A stretch of 64,000 nucleotides of DNA from a virus (taxonomy: Duplodnaviria > Caudoviricetes). The position numbers and the translations under genes are program-made. The stretch spans positions 1,209 through 65,208 of the IMG/VR virus record IMGVR_UViG_3300025732_000002. One strand, 5' to 3'. Positions 9,467-19,836 of the stretch are shown piece after piece. The first letter of the stretch is position 1. The number at the start of each line of letters is the position of its first letter. The notes under the pieces were generated by a model, which saw nothing but the letters and a program-made list of their open reading frames with translations, ran no database searches and was not told where the DNA came from.

Positions 9467-12171
9467 TGACGGCATATCTTGGTCGAGTGGTGCGCGCCGT
9501 TCTTCCAACGGTGTCCGCTTCAAGTGCTGGCGGGTTCTGGAACCCCGTCATGGCGCAGTATTACCAGCAGGCGGGAACTTGGCCATCTGGATCTGGCGCG
9601 GACCCGTATTTTCAAAATAACACGTTGCTGCTAAGTGGCGACGGAACCAACGGCGCCCAGAACAACACATTCCTGGACAGCAGCACCAACAACTTTACGG
9701 TTACCCGTAACGGCAACACGACGCAGGGATCGTTCAGCCCATACGTTGGCCCGGGTAACTGGAGCAATTATTTTGATGGTTCTGGTGATTATCTGACTGT
9801 TGCATCTATTGGAACAATTACAGGCGATTTTACGTATGAGTGCTGGATATACCCAACAAGCACCGCAGCATTGTTTCTTCCAGCTCAATTTGGAAGTGAA
9901 ACAACAGGACGTTTTTATGCGGCAATAAACACGTCTCGTACAATTAACCTTGAATATTTTGGCGTTGGTACTATTACGTTGTCCAACGCCACAGTAACAG
10001 CCAATACATGGAACCATTTCGCCATAACGCGATCTGGATCAACCATGTACGGCTTTATTAACGGTGCGTTGGCCGGAAGTACAACTTCTATCACCGGCAC
10101 GATAGGCAATGCCGGATCAACATTTATAGGGGCATCTAGTGCCGGAACTGCACCAATTACTGGTTTTATTTCAAACTTCCGTGTAATTGCAGGAACCGCA
10201 CTTTACACAGCTGCATTTACGCCGCCAACAACCCCGCTTCTCGCGACAACACAAACAAGGCTGCTGACCTGCAACAACAACGGCTTTATTGATCAAGGCG
10301 CCGGAAACTATACTATCACCCGCAACGGTGATACATCGGTCTCCAAGTTCTCCCCGTTTACGCTCTATCAAACGGTTCCGGCAAGCTATTCCGGATACTT
10401 TGATGGTACAGGTGATTATTTGAGCTTGTCAACAGCCACCGCATTTGGTGTTGGAACGGGGGACTTTACTATTGAGTACTGGGCTTTCTACAAAACCTTT
10501 GCAAGCTCACCAATTGGTTTTGATACTCGATCAACCAGCGGAGACATCACGCCGTCTGACTATGTGACAACGGGCGGCAACTTGGTGTTTTACTACAACA
10601 GTGCAAACCTGCTGACATCAACCAACGCGGCCGTGTTAGGCAGGTGGAATCATATTGCGTGGGTTCGCTCTGGAACTACACTGACCTCGTATATTAACGG
10701 GGTAGCGAGCGGCTCAGTTACTTCTTCTGCCAACTTTGGAACAACGCAGCCGCTTAGAATTGCCGGGAACATTACTGCGGCAAACTTTCTTAACGGAAGC
10801 ATATCCAATTTCCGTTTTGTCAAAGGCACGGCAGTCTATACCACAGGCTTTACACCGCCAATTGCGCCTTTGACTGCAATATCAGGGACTTCGTTGCTTA
10901 CCTGTCAATCAACCACGTTTATTGACAACAGCACAAACGCGTTCACCATCACGGCGAACGGCAACGCAACACCCCGACGCGCAAACCCGTTCACCGACAC
11001 GGTAACTGGCCCCACGCCATATTCAACGACCACCTACGGCGGGTCTGCATACTTTGATGGCACGGGGGATTATCTAGTAGGCCCTGCTTCAAATACCAAT
11101 CTATACCCAGGCGCAGGTGATTTTACAATTGAATTTTGGAACTATCTGCCGGCAAACCCAACGACAGGATATTACACGGTGTTTGGCTATGGTTCTGCCA
11201 CGCCAAATTTGTTGTTTTTTTATACAGCAGCAACATCGAAGATAGAAATTTTTAATAACGCAACTGTAAAATTAAATCCATCTTGGCCTGCCGCCGGGCA
11301 ATGGAATCATTTTGCATTGGTTCGTAGTGGCACAACATTGTCTCTTTATATCAATGGGGCTTTTTCTCAATCAACAACAGAGTCATCTAACTTTGTGGGA
11401 ACTTTATACATTGGCGCTGACTTCAATGCCACAAGAAATTTGGTTGGGTATATTGCCAATTTCCGTCTAGTCAAGGGCACGGCAGTCTACACCGGCCCCT
11501 TCGTGCCACCCGCCGCCCCTGTAACCGCAATTACCAATACTCAGTTGTTGGTCAACGCAACCAACGCGGGCATCTTTGACAACACGACGATCAACGACTT
11601 GGAGACGGTTGGAAACGCGCAGGTCAGCACCAGCATCGTCAAGTACGGCACGGGGTCTGTCTATTTGGACGGCACGGGTGACTGGCTTGTTTTGCCAAAG
11701 ACCAGCACGTTCTCGATTCCGGCAGCCAGCAACTTCACGGTTGAGACTTGGCTGTATCTGGCTGTCGCGCAGAACAGTTCTGTTTACAAAATGATTGTCA
11801 GCGATGATGCGTCAACATCGTCAAAGTACGTGTCGCTAACCTCTTCAGGCCTTGAGGTTCAGTTGGGTGGATCGGCTTCAACGGCGGCACTGGCAACGTA
11901 TGCGTTCAGCATCAACACTTGGTACCACCTGGCGGTTGTGCGTAACAGCAACACAATTGCAATCTATGTAAACGGTACCGCACTGACTGTCACGCAAAGC
12001 AGCCAGGCCAACTCGTTTCTTGACCAAGGCTCGTTTATATACGTTGGTCGGTACGGCGGCACAAACACGTACGCGTGGAACGGTTACCTTGATGACCTGC
12101 GCATCACTAAAGGCGTGGCCCGATATACCGCCAACTTCACGCCGCCGGGCGGCGCTTTCCCGACTTTCTGA
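9466..12171 (+). CDS. Concanavalin A / LamG-repeat fibre or adhesion protein
   Basis: Four repeats beginning Y[FL]DG[ST]GD[YW]L, with DFT.E.W and W.H.A..R. Confidence 0.85.
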   Translation: MTAYLGRVVRAVLPTVSASSAGGFWNPVMAQYYQQAGTWPSGSGADPYFQNNTLLLSGDGTNGAQNNTFLDSSTNNFTVTRNGNTTQGSFSPYVGPGNWSNYFDGSGDYLTVASIGTITGDFTYECWIYPTSTAALFLPAQFGSETTGRFYAAINTSRTINLEYFGVGTITLSNATVTANTWNHFAITRSGSTMYGFINGALAGSTTSITGTIGNAGSTFIGASSAGTAPITGFISNFRVIAGTALYTAAFTPPTTPLLATTQTRLLTCNNNGFIDQGAGNYTITRNGDTSVSKFSPFTLYQTVPASYSGYFDGTGDYLSLSTATAFGVGTGDFTIEYWAFYKTFASSPIGFDTRSTSGDITPSDYVTTGGNLVFYYNSANLLTSTNAAVLGRWNHIAWVRSGTTLTSYINGVASGSVTSSANFGTTQPLRIAGNITAANFLNGSISNFRFVKGTAVYTTGFTPPIAPLTAISGTSLLTCQSTTFIDNSTNAFTITANGNATPRRANPFTDTVTGPTPYSTTTYGGSAYFDGTGDYLVGPASNTNLYPGAGDFTIEFWNYLPANPTTGYYTVFGYGSATPNLLFFYTAATSKIEIFNNATVKLNPSWPAAGQWNHFALVRSGTTLSLYINGAFSQSTTESSNFVGTLYIGADFNATRNLVGYIANFRLVKGTAVYTGPFVPPAAPVTAITNTQLLVNATNAGIFDNTTINDLETVGNAQVSTSIVKYGTGSVYLDGTGDWLVLPKTSTFSIPAASNFTVETWLYLAVAQNSSVYKMIVSDDASTSSKYVSLTSSGLEVQLGGSASTAALATYAFSINTWYHLAVVRNSNTIAIYVNGTALTVTQSSQANSFLDQGSFIYVGRYGGTNTYAWNGYLDDLRITKGVARYTANFTPPGGAFPTF

Positions 12172-12179
12172 GGTAGACC

Positions 12180-12401
12180 ATGCTAGTAGCTGAAGTAATT
12201 GACGGAGTTGTGACCAAGGTGGCCGATTGCCGGGAGCTGTGCGAGTGGTATCCCCCAACGGACGAGCAGCTGCGTGACCGCAATTTGGTTCGCGTAAACC
12301 TGTTCCGAGAGTATGATAGCGAGACGCAGCGCCTTGTGCCCTGCGATCCCGTGCTGGAGGGTGACTGGGTGTACATGGTCGCCGTGGAGGACATTGAATG
12401 A
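12180..12401 (+). CDS. Small hypothetical protein
   Basis: GAGG RBS; coupled to next gene. Confidence 0.6.
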   Translation: MLVAEVIDGVVTKVADCRELCEWYPPTDEQLRDRNLVRVNLFREYDSETQRLVPCDPVLEGDWVYMVAVEDIE

Positions 12402-14236
12402 CAAACGCTACAAACCTGGCAACCACCGGAGCTTTGGTCAACAGTTCAGGCCAGGTTCCTTTGGCGACGGGCGTTGCAGGCAATTTGCCGGTTACCAACC
12501 TTAACAGCGGTACGGGCGCTTCGTCCACTACGTTCTGGCGTGGTGATGGGACTTGGGCTACTGGCGTATCCGGCCCGACCGGACCAACGGGACCTACCGG
12601 CCCCACGGGTCTTGGCTACACCGCCATGACATCGACGTCATCGGTGGCTATTGCCACGGGCTCCAAGACGTTTACAACCGATTTGGCATCTACGGCTACG
12701 GCATTTGCCGTTGGTCAGTACATCCGTATTTTCAGTACGGCATCGGTTTCCAACTACATGGAAGGCAACATCACGGCGTTTAGCAGCACCACGCTGACTG
12801 TGAACGTGACGCTGACTGGCGGTTCCGGTACGTTTGCTTCGTGGGCCATTACTTCTACAGGAGCGCAAGGCGCTACTGGACCTACCGGGCCTACCGGGCC
12901 TACTGGTCCTACGGGTGCCACCGGCCCCACGGGTTCTCCTGGACCTACAGGCCCCACGGGGCCTACCGGCGGCCCTGGTCCCACGGGACCTACCGGCCCC
13001 ACTGGCCCAACAGGACCATCCGGCGCGTCTATTTTAGGCACAACCAATACTTGGACGGGCCTAAATTATTTTCAGTCTAACCTTGGGCCAACCTCTGGAA
13101 GTTTGAGCAACCCTCCGTTGCAGGCCTATTCCACAGGAAATAATTCGGCATTTATGTCGTTCCACAAAGGTGGGTACTATGCCATCAACATGGGTCTGGA
13201 TTCGGACAACGTGTTTAGGATTGGCGGATGGTCAGCCAGTGCAAACCGCCTTCAGATGGATATGTCTGGCAACTTAACCATGGCCGGAGTTGTTACCTCT
13301 AGCGGTAACACCGGTTTCCGTAATGATGTTTACTACGTAAGCACAAGAAACCCAATTTGGTGTTTTGGTAACGCAACTGCGTATGGTCTGAGTTATTTTC
13401 AGGGAAGTTCGGGACTTGCAGGCATAGATACTATTGGGCTTCATCCAAACGGCACTGCAACAGGAAGTGGATCAGTTCTTGCTGTTACGAGTGCTTATAC
13501 CCAGTCTTTGGGCAGTTTGAGAGCACCTCTTTTCTACGACAGCGACAACACCGGATATTACGTAGACCCGGCAAGTGGTTCTAATCTTAACGGTACGCTG
13601 ACAAATAATGGCGGCGCTTCCATGACGGGTGGTTGGAACCGCAATTTATATCTTGCGTCCACATTTCCAGTTATTGTATTTGGTTCCAACGGCACTAAGT
13701 TTTCTGGTATTGGGGTAGATTATTCTGTCGCCGCCTCTGGGTTTTATTTTTGGGTAAACGGGTCTAGTGCAGACATATCAGGTACTGGAACCGTAGCGTT
13801 ATCCATAAATACGGGAAATTATGTACAGGCTTATGGAAGTTTTAGAGCACCCATTTTCTACGACAGTGATAACACCGGGTACTATGTTGATCCAAATAGC
13901 ACCTCATATGTTTACTATCTCCAGTCCGCAACTTCTGTGCGGTCTGATTCTGACGAGCGCGTCAAAGACAACATTGAACCAATCCGCAACGCGCTGGAAA
14001 AGGTTAAGCAACTTGCCGGTTGTACCTACACCCGCACGGACCTGGAAGATAAAACCAAACGCCACATGGGTATGTTGGCGCAAGATGTTTTGCCAATCGT
14101 TCCAGAGGTTGTCGGCGGTAGCGAGGAAACTCGGTACAGTATTGCCTACGGTGAAATGTCGGCGCTGTTGGTTGAGGCCATCAAGGAAATTGATGAGCGG
14201 TTGACTGCGCTGGAAGCAAAAGTAAATAAGGAGTAA
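12398..14236 (+). CDS. Tail fibre with collagen repeats and C-terminal intramolecular chaperone (peptidase S74)
   Basis: (GPT)n; [18 protein letters not shown]; G.LAQDV..PEVV; LLVEAIKE. Confidence 0.85.
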   Translation: MTNATNLATTGALVNSSGQVPLATGVAGNLPVTNLNSGTGASSTTFWRGDGTWATGVSGPTGPTGPTGPTGLGYTAMTSTSSVAIATGSKTFTTDLASTATAFAVGQYIRIFSTASVSNYMEGNITAFSSTTLTVNVTLTGGSGTFASWAITSTGAQGATGPTGPTGPTGPTGATGPTGSPGPTGPTGPTGGPGPTGPTGPTGPTGPSGASILGTTNTWTGLNYFQSNLGPTSGSLSNPPLQAYSTGNNSAFMSFHKGGYYAINMGLDSDNVFRIGGWSASANRLQMDMSGNLTMAGVVTSSGNTGFRNDVYYVSTRNPIWCFGNATAYGLSYFQGSSGLAGIDTIGLHPNGTATGSGSVLAVTSAYTQSLGSLRAPLFYDSDNTGYYVDPASGSNLNGTLTNNGGASMTGGWNRNLYLASTFPVIVFGSNGTKFSGIGVDYSVAASGFYFWVNGSSADISGTGTVALSINTGNYVQAYGSFRAPIFYDSDNTGYYVDPNSTSYVYYLQSATSVRSDSDERVKDNIEPIRNALEKVKQLAGCTYTRTDLEDKTKRHMGMLAQDVLPIVPEVVGGSEETRYSIAYGEMSALLVEAIKEIDERLTALEAKVNKE

Positions 14237-14238
14237 AA

Positions 14239-14601
14239 ATGGCTGTCACTTATACATGGGCAGTAACCGGCATGAAGGTCTTAGTCTCTGCTGGACCGCT
14301 ATCAAATTATGTCGTCAACGTGCAGTGGACTAAAACAGGCACTGACGAGAATGGGAACACCGGCACTTTTGCTGGCGCAACACCGTTCCAGCCCGATCCT
14401 GCGCAGCCAGATTTCGTGCCGTTTGACCAACTGACCGAGGCCATTGTGTTGAGCTGGGTCCAACCAGTCGTCACCGGCATGTACGAAGAGCATGTCAACG
14501 CGCAGATTGCCAAACAGATTGCGGACAAAATCGATCCGATAACAGACGTAACGCCGCCGTGGGCTCCGCCGCAACCAACCCCAACACCCCCCGCCCCATG
14601 A
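14239..14601 (+). CDS. Tail-fibre-associated hypothetical protein
   Basis: YTW.V...FVPFDQLTE..VL.WV...PPW; AAGGAG RBS. Confidence 0.7.
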   Translation: MAVTYTWAVTGMKVLVSAGPLSNYVVNVQWTKTGTDENGNTGTFAGATPFQPDPAQPDFVPFDQLTEAIVLSWVQPVVTGMYEEHVNAQIAKQIADKIDPITDVTPPWAPPQPTPTPPAP

Positions 14602-15143
14602 GTCATCTCCCAATCTGGTACATGGGCACTGTCCCTGCCGACATCTGCGACAAGGCGGTGGAGGAGTTTTCTTCCCTGCCAAGCAAAGATGCCACCATGG
14701 GTAGCAACGGGGAGGTCCAAGACCATATCCACCGCAACACTACCGTTTACTTTGCGGACTCCAACCATTGGCTGGAGATCTACCTGAAAAACACCGCCTT
14801 TGAGGGCAACCAGGTCTGCAAGTGGGATTTTTACGTCTCAGACAACGAGAACATCCAGTTTGCCGAGTACGGGCCGGAGCAGCATTACAACTGGCACGTG
14901 GATGTTTTCCCCCTGTCTGGGCTGCCCCTGGACCGCAAGCTGACGGTTGTCTGTCTGCTTAATGATCCTGCCGAATTTGCTGGCGGAGAGTTCCAGATTC
15001 GGCTATATTCCGAGTACACCGCACCGCTGGTCAAGGGGTCAGTGATTGCGTTTCCATCGTTTTTGGAGCATCGTGTGGTGCCGGTTACGTCAGGAGTGCG
15101 TAAATCGGCAACAATGTGGCTGAGAGGCCCCCGTTTTCGATAA
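14598..15143 (+). CDS. 2OG-Fe(II) oxygenase (PKHD / prolyl-hydroxylase-like)
   Basis: YNWHVD (HxD), RKLT, GGEF, HRVVPVTSGVRKS. Confidence 0.9.
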   Translation: MSHLPIWYMGTVPADICDKAVEEFSSLPSKDATMGSNGEVQDHIHRNTTVYFADSNHWLEIYLKNTAFEGNQVCKWDFYVSDNENIQFAEYGPEQHYNWHVDVFPLSGLPLDRKLTVVCLLNDPAEFAGGEFQIRLYSEYTAPLVKGSVIAFPSFLEHRVVPVTSGVRKSATMWLRGPRFR

Positions 15144-15152
15144 GGACACAAC

Positions 15153-16160
15153 ATGTCTACTTACTCTCCTGATCTACGGATCGAGCTGATCGCCAACGGC
15201 GCCCAACCGGGAACCTGGGGCACAACGACCAACAACACGTTGTCGTATGTTATTGATCCTGCCATTACGGGTTTCCAGACTGTGTCCGTTACTAGCGCCA
15301 ATCAGGCGCTTACTTATGTCAGCGGGTCTACGGCAACGGCGTCAGCCAACCAGGCTGTCTACGCTTCGCTGGCATTCACGACTACAACGGCAGCCAGCTT
15401 TGCCGTGTACGCACCGCCCAACCCCAAGCAGTACATAATTTGGAACAACAGTTCTTACACGCTGACCATCTACAACAGCTCGGTCATCGGCAACACGACT
15501 GCTGCTGGAACCGGGGTGGCTATCCCTGCTAGTAAAAAAGTTCAAGTGTTCAGCGACGGCACTAACTTCTACTCGGTTGACGCCGCAAACCTGACTGGAA
15601 CCCTGGCTATTGCCAACGGCGGTACGGGTCAAACAACGCAGCAAACAGCAATCAACGCCTTGGCCGGAGCCACAACCTCCGCTCAGTTCCTGCGCGGTAA
15701 CGGTACAAACGTTGTAATGTCGGCAATTCAAGTTGCGGATGTGCCCACACTAAACCAAAACACCACAGGGTCTGCCGGGTCTGTAGCAAACTCGGTTACG
15801 TTCAATTCTTCTGGTGGAGCATCTGCGGGTTCTTCGTTCAACGGATCGGCGGCTCGTACGGTGGACTACGCTACTGTTGGCGCCCCCTCTGCCACAGGTA
15901 CTGGGGCTTCTGGTACGTGGTCAATCAGCATCAACGGCAACGCAGCAACGGCAACAAGCGCCACATCCGCGACTAACGCGACCAACGCGACCAACGCCAC
16001 AAATGCAACCAACGCCACTAAACTAGCAACGACCAACTTTACCGTTGAGGAGTCCGGTGGTAATTTGATTTTTAAGTACGGGGCGACAACCATTGCCTCA
16101 ATGACTTCCGCTGGCGTATTCACCACGTTGAGCAACGTGATCGCTGGCGGCACACCGTAA
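15153..16160 (+). CDS. Tail fibre-like structural protein
   Basis: GTWGTTTN, IANGGTG, LNQNTTG, (ATN)n. Confidence 0.75.
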   Translation: MSTYSPDLRIELIANGAQPGTWGTTTNNTLSYVIDPAITGFQTVSVTSANQALTYVSGSTATASANQAVYASLAFTTTTAASFAVYAPPNPKQYIIWNNSSYTLTIYNSSVIGNTTAAGTGVAIPASKKVQVFSDGTNFYSVDAANLTGTLAIANGGTGQTTQQTAINALAGATTSAQFLRGNGTNVVMSAIQVADVPTLNQNTTGSAGSVANSVTFNSSGGASAGSSFNGSAARTVDYATVGAPSATGTGASGTWSISINGNAATATSATSATNATNATNATNATNATKLATTNFTVEESGGNLIFKYGATTIASMTSAGVFTTLSNVIAGGTP

Positions 16161-16175
16161 TCAAGGAGATAGAGC

Positions 16176-16952
16176 ATGGCAATCACAGTAAGCGGAACGT
16201 CAATTACGTTCAATGATGCGACCGTACAGACTACTGCGGCTACGTCAACTGCAACCTCGTCAGGTGCTACTTTTCAGGCTTTTTACACAAGCGGCACGTT
16301 TACTGTCCCAACGGGTATTACAAAAATACAGGTTGCGGTATTTGGTGGTGGTGGCGGTGGTGCAGGGGGGTCTGGCGGGTATGCCGGTACTGGAAGCGCA
16401 TATATATCCGGTCTTACTCCTGGGGCAACTATTTCAGTTACTGTTGGTAGTGGCGGTAACGGCGGGGTGACTGGTAGTACTTCTGGGGCAACAGGAGGTA
16501 CGTCTTCTTTTGGTACATATATATCCTGCACTGGAGGTGGCGGGGGCGGCTACATCACCAATGGAGCAGACGGTACTGCTACATTTTCTGGTGTGTCTTT
16601 AATTACAGGAAGAAATATTCTCTACAATAGTTTAATTGGTGGTGGAGCAACCGGTAGCCAGGGTACCTCTAACCCTTGTGCTGGTGGTGTTCCTGGCAAT
16701 GGTGGCGGCGGTGGCGTTGGTGGTGGTGGTGGCGGTGGTGGACAGCCTGGTGGTTACCCGGCAGGCAGTGGTGGTGCTTCATTTGGCCCAGGCTCTACTG
16801 GGTCTAACGGGATCGTTGGCGGTGCTGGTGGGGCTGGTGGGGCTGGCGGTGGAAACGGCGGTGCGTCTAATGGTGGAACAGGGGGCGCAGCTGGTGGTAG
16901 TGGCGGTGGCGGTGGGGGCGGTGGCGGTGGCGGCGTGTTTGTTATGTATTAA
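16176..16952 (+). CDS. Glycine-rich tail-associated protein
   Basis: TSGTFTVPTG.T.I.V..GGGGGG; GGTSSFG. Confidence 0.75.
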   Translation: MAITVSGTSITFNDATVQTTAATSTATSSGATFQAFYTSGTFTVPTGITKIQVAVFGGGGGGAGGSGGYAGTGSAYISGLTPGATISVTVGSGGNGGVTGSTSGATGGTSSFGTYISCTGGGGGGYITNGADGTATFSGVSLITGRNILYNSLIGGGATGSQGTSNPCAGGVPGNGGGGGVGGGGGGGGQPGGYPAGSGGASFGPGSTGSNGIVGGAGGAGGAGGGNGGASNGGTGGAAGGSGGGGGGGGGGGVFVMY

Positions 16953-16961
16953 GGAGAAAAA

Positions 16962-17255
16962 ATGAAAAAAGCATTGATTGACCCAGCAACGCAAGTACAA
17001 GAGATAACGGGTTGGACGTTAAATCCAGACTCATCCGGTCCTAAATATCTTCCCGTACTGGTCACCATACCCAATTCGGCTCGTGTTGCGGAGGTAATCG
17101 ACCAAGCGTTTGAGGTTGCCCCGCCGTTGTTTTGGGTGGATTGTGCGGACGATGTTGTCGCGGATCAGTGGTATTACGATACTGCAACGCAGCAAATTAT
17201 TGTCGTGCCACCTCCTGCTCCCTACCCCGGAACAACCGGGACTCAGACCGTATGA
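16962..17255 (+). CDS. Hypothetical protein
   Basis: AAGGAG RBS; FEVAPPLFWVDCADD. Confidence 0.7.
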   Translation: MKKALIDPATQVQEITGWTLNPDSSGPKYLPVLVTIPNSARVAEVIDQAFEVAPPLFWVDCADDVVADQWYYDTATQQIIVVPPPAPYPGTTGTQTV

Positions 17256-17530
17256 GGCAGATAACCCCGTACCACAATTTTGTGTATGCGGGGGCTGTGT
17301 TTAATGTCTATCACGCAGACAAGGGTGATGGGCTTCCAATGCACCAGCACTCTTTCAACCACGCAAATGTGTGCCAGGCAGGTTCCTGTGTTATCCGCGT
17401 TAAGGGCAAAGAGATCGTGATGAATGCGGAAACCCAGCCGCTTGACCTTCCCGCCAACATCTTGCACGAGATCGAGGCGCTTGAGGACGGCACGGTGTTT
17501 GTGAACATCTTCAAAGAGGGTCTCTACTAA
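17252..17530 (+). CDS. Cupin-domain protein
   Basis: LPMHQHSFNH...HEIEALEDGTVF. Confidence 0.8.
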   Translation: MRQITPYHNFVYAGAVFNVYHADKGDGLPMHQHSFNHANVCQAGSCVIRVKGKEIVMNAETQPLDLPANILHEIEALEDGTVFVNIFKEGLY

Positions 17531-17531
17531 T

Positions 17532-18086
17532 GTGGACCCTGTCACTGCGTTCACGATGGTCTCTGGCGCTATCTCTGGTGTCAGAAAGCTGTGTGCGCTG
17601 GTCAAGGAAGCTCAAGCAGCTGGCAAAGAAGTAGCAGACCTGACGAGCCAAGTCACCCACCATGTAGGAAAGGTACTTGAGCACACGCAGACGTTAAAGA
17701 AGGCGGAGCTAGAGGTCAAGAAGAACCCACCCAAGGACAAGTCCTTGCAGGTTCTGGCGTTTGAGGAGGTGGCTCGCAAGATGGAGCTGAAGCAGCAGTA
17801 TGAGCAGCTTCGCAACATGATCATCTACGAGCTAGGATTGCCAGGTGGGTTCTGGGCTGACTTTGAGCAGACGCTGTTCAGGCTGGAGCAAGAACATGAA
17901 AGGGATTTAGAACTAGCCGAGCAGATGCAAAGGGAGCTGGAATGGCAACGCAGGGTCAAGCTAGATCAAATGCAAGAGGTGGCCCTGGAGGTGGTAATCG
18001 TTCTGGTAATGCTGGCGTATCTGGTCGCTCTAATCTGGTCAGTGATGTTGCACCAGAAGAACCGATTGGGGGTTTGGTTGGTATGA
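17532..18086 (+). CDS. Hypothetical protein with C-terminal TM helix
   Basis: MDPVTAF start; coiled coil; hydrophobic C-terminus. Confidence 0.65.
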   Translation: MDPVTAFTMVSGAISGVRKLCALVKEAQAAGKEVADLTSQVTHHVGKVLEHTQTLKKAELEVKKNPPKDKSLQVLAFEEVARKMELKQQYEQLRNMIIYELGLPGGFWADFEQTLFRLEQEHERDLELAEQMQRELEWQRRVKLDQMQEVALEVVIVLVMLAYLVALIWSVMLHQKNRLGVWLV

Positions 18087-18229
18087 CGATCATGGCGTTT
18101 CTGTTCGCCATCATGTTGCCGGTGATGATGTTTATGTACATCGACATGCACAAGCTCAGGTTGGAGAACGAGCGGATCACGCAGAAAATCGGCAAGTACC
18201 GACAACTGATTGAAAGGTGCGACAGGTGA
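18083..18229 (+). CDS. Small membrane protein
   Basis: MTIMAFLFAIMLPVMMFMY; overlaps both neighbours. Confidence 0.5.
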   Translation: MTIMAFLFAIMLPVMMFMYIDMHKLRLENERITQKIGKYRQLIERCDR

Positions 18230-18840
18230 GCGAGCAGGACAAAACGCTGGGAGTGTTAGATCGCATACTGACGTATGTGGATAGTCCGTTCAAGCTCATC
18301 GCCCTCTTGGTCATGTTCGTCTTTGGGTTCTGCGCTTGGTTTGTTTACAGCAACCAAGAGCTGCTGGTTGGGGCCTACAAAGAAAGCCAGAAGCTACCCA
18401 GCATCAATGAGTCCCGGGCGGACGACGCCGCAGCAATCCTCTTCAAGTACGGTGGTGCACAGACTGTGGCCATCTTCAAGGTAAACCCGTTATTTGGCAC
18501 CCGGGTCTTGTACCGGGCGTATACAAAGGAAGGGCGCGACAAGCGCATGGAGGGCATCGATGTCGGTCTCTTTACCCAGAATCCCAACAATAACGCAGAC
18601 GTTGTCAAACTTATGGCAGGAGAGACGCCATGCAGTGATTACGCAAAGCCACAAAGCGAAGTCGGCCTGTGGTACGTCGAGGCTGGTGTCACCTACGGTT
18701 GTCGTATCTCTGTACCACCCGACGCAACACGTTTCATCGGTCAAATTACCGTCGGGTACAAAGATCGACCTGAGAGCGTAGAGGACGCCCAGTCCATGCT
18801 GCTCATCGCTTCATCAATGTTAACCAAAAAGAGTTACTAA
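18226..18840 (+). CDS. Membrane-anchored hypothetical protein
   Basis: N-terminal TM segment; lysis-region position. Confidence 0.65.
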   Translation: MSEQDKTLGVLDRILTYVDSPFKLIALLVMFVFGFCAWFVYSNQELLVGAYKESQKLPSINESRADDAAAILFKYGGAQTVAIFKVNPLFGTRVLYRAYTKEGRDKRMEGIDVGLFTQNPNNNADVVKLMAGETPCSDYAKPQSEVGLWYVEAGVTYGCRISVPPDATRFIGQITVGYKDRPESVEDAQSMLLIASSMLTKKSY

Positions 18841-19355
18841 TGCTGACACTATTTTCTACCCTGATCTCCTTCCTGATGGGAGGCCTGCCCAAGATTCTGG
18901 ACTTCTTCCAAGACCGCAGCGACAAGAAGCATGAGCTGGAGCTGGCCCAGATGCAGATCGCCCGGGAGCTTGAGATGCGCAAGCTGGGGTTTGAGGCCCA
19001 GGAGCGGGTTGAGAACATACACACCCAGCAGCTTGAGATTGAGACCAAGTCCAACGAAAAGGTCTCCATGATTGCCGCCCAGCAAGCTGAGATGCAGGCC
19101 ATCTACGCCCATGACACGGCTTTAAACGAGGGCACTAGCCAGTGGATGAAAAACTTCCGGGCCAGCGTGCGCCCAGCTATTACCTATGGTTTCTTCTTCC
19201 TGCTGGTTGGTATTGACTGCGCCTTGGTTTACCACGGCCTAAGCACCGGCGTTGGGTTCCAAGACATGGCCGACCAGTTGTGGGATGACGAGACCCAGGC
19301 GCTCTTTGCCAGCATTATTGCGTTCCACTTTGGCGGTCGGGCATTCGGCAAATGA
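18840..19355 (+). CDS. Putative holin-like membrane protein
   Basis: ASVRP.ITY; IIAFHFGGR; directly upstream of lysozyme. Confidence 0.6.
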   Translation: MLTLFSTLISFLMGGLPKILDFFQDRSDKKHELELAQMQIARELEMRKLGFEAQERVENIHTQQLEIETKSNEKVSMIAAQQAEMQAIYAHDTALNEGTSQWMKNFRASVRPAITYGFFFLLVGIDCALVYHGLSTGVGFQDMADQLWDDETQALFASIIAFHFGGRAFGK

Positions 19356-19828
19356 ACGTCAGCCCCAAAGCTGTGGCCATGATCAAGCACCATGAGGGTG
19401 TAAGACAAAAGCCTTACCGTTGCCCAGCCAAGCTCTGGACAATCGGCGTTGGACATGTGTTGTACCCGGAGCAGGGGAAGTTGCCCATTGACCAGCGGGA
19501 TGGGTTTGCCTTGAAGATCGAGGACTTCAGAACGTTTGAAATGGACGAGATCGATGGAATACTTCGCGCAGATCTGGCTCGCTTTGAGCGAGGGGTTCAC
19601 ACCTACATCACTGCTCCTCTTACACAAGGCATGTTTGACGCTCTTGTGTCTTTCAGTTTTAACGTCGGTCTTGGAACACTCCAGCGTTCGACGCTTCGTC
19701 AGAAGCTCAATCGGGGGGACAAAGAAGGCGCAGGACAGGAACTATTGAAGTACTGCATGGCTGGTGGCAAAATACTGAAAGGGTTACAAAAACGTCGACT
19801 CGACGAGCACGCCCTGTTCATGTCGTAG
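19352..19828 (+). CDS. Phage lysozyme / endolysin (GH24)
   Basis: IKHHEG..PYRCPA..WTIGVGH; FDALVSFSFNVG; GLQKRR..E. Confidence 0.92.
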   Translation: MNVSPKAVAMIKHHEGVRQKPYRCPAKLWTIGVGHVLYPEQGKLPIDQRDGFALKIEDFRTFEMDEIDGILRADLARFERGVHTYITAPLTQGMFDALVSFSFNVGLGTLQRSTLRQKLNRGDKEGAGQELLKYCMAGGKILKGLQKRRLDEHALFMS

Positions 19829-19836
19829 GAGTCCAG

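Noticed and set aside
7460-16952. Diversity-generating retroelement or invertase shufflon in the fibre region
   Set aside because: No reverse transcriptase, adenine-specific TR/VR pair or invertase seen
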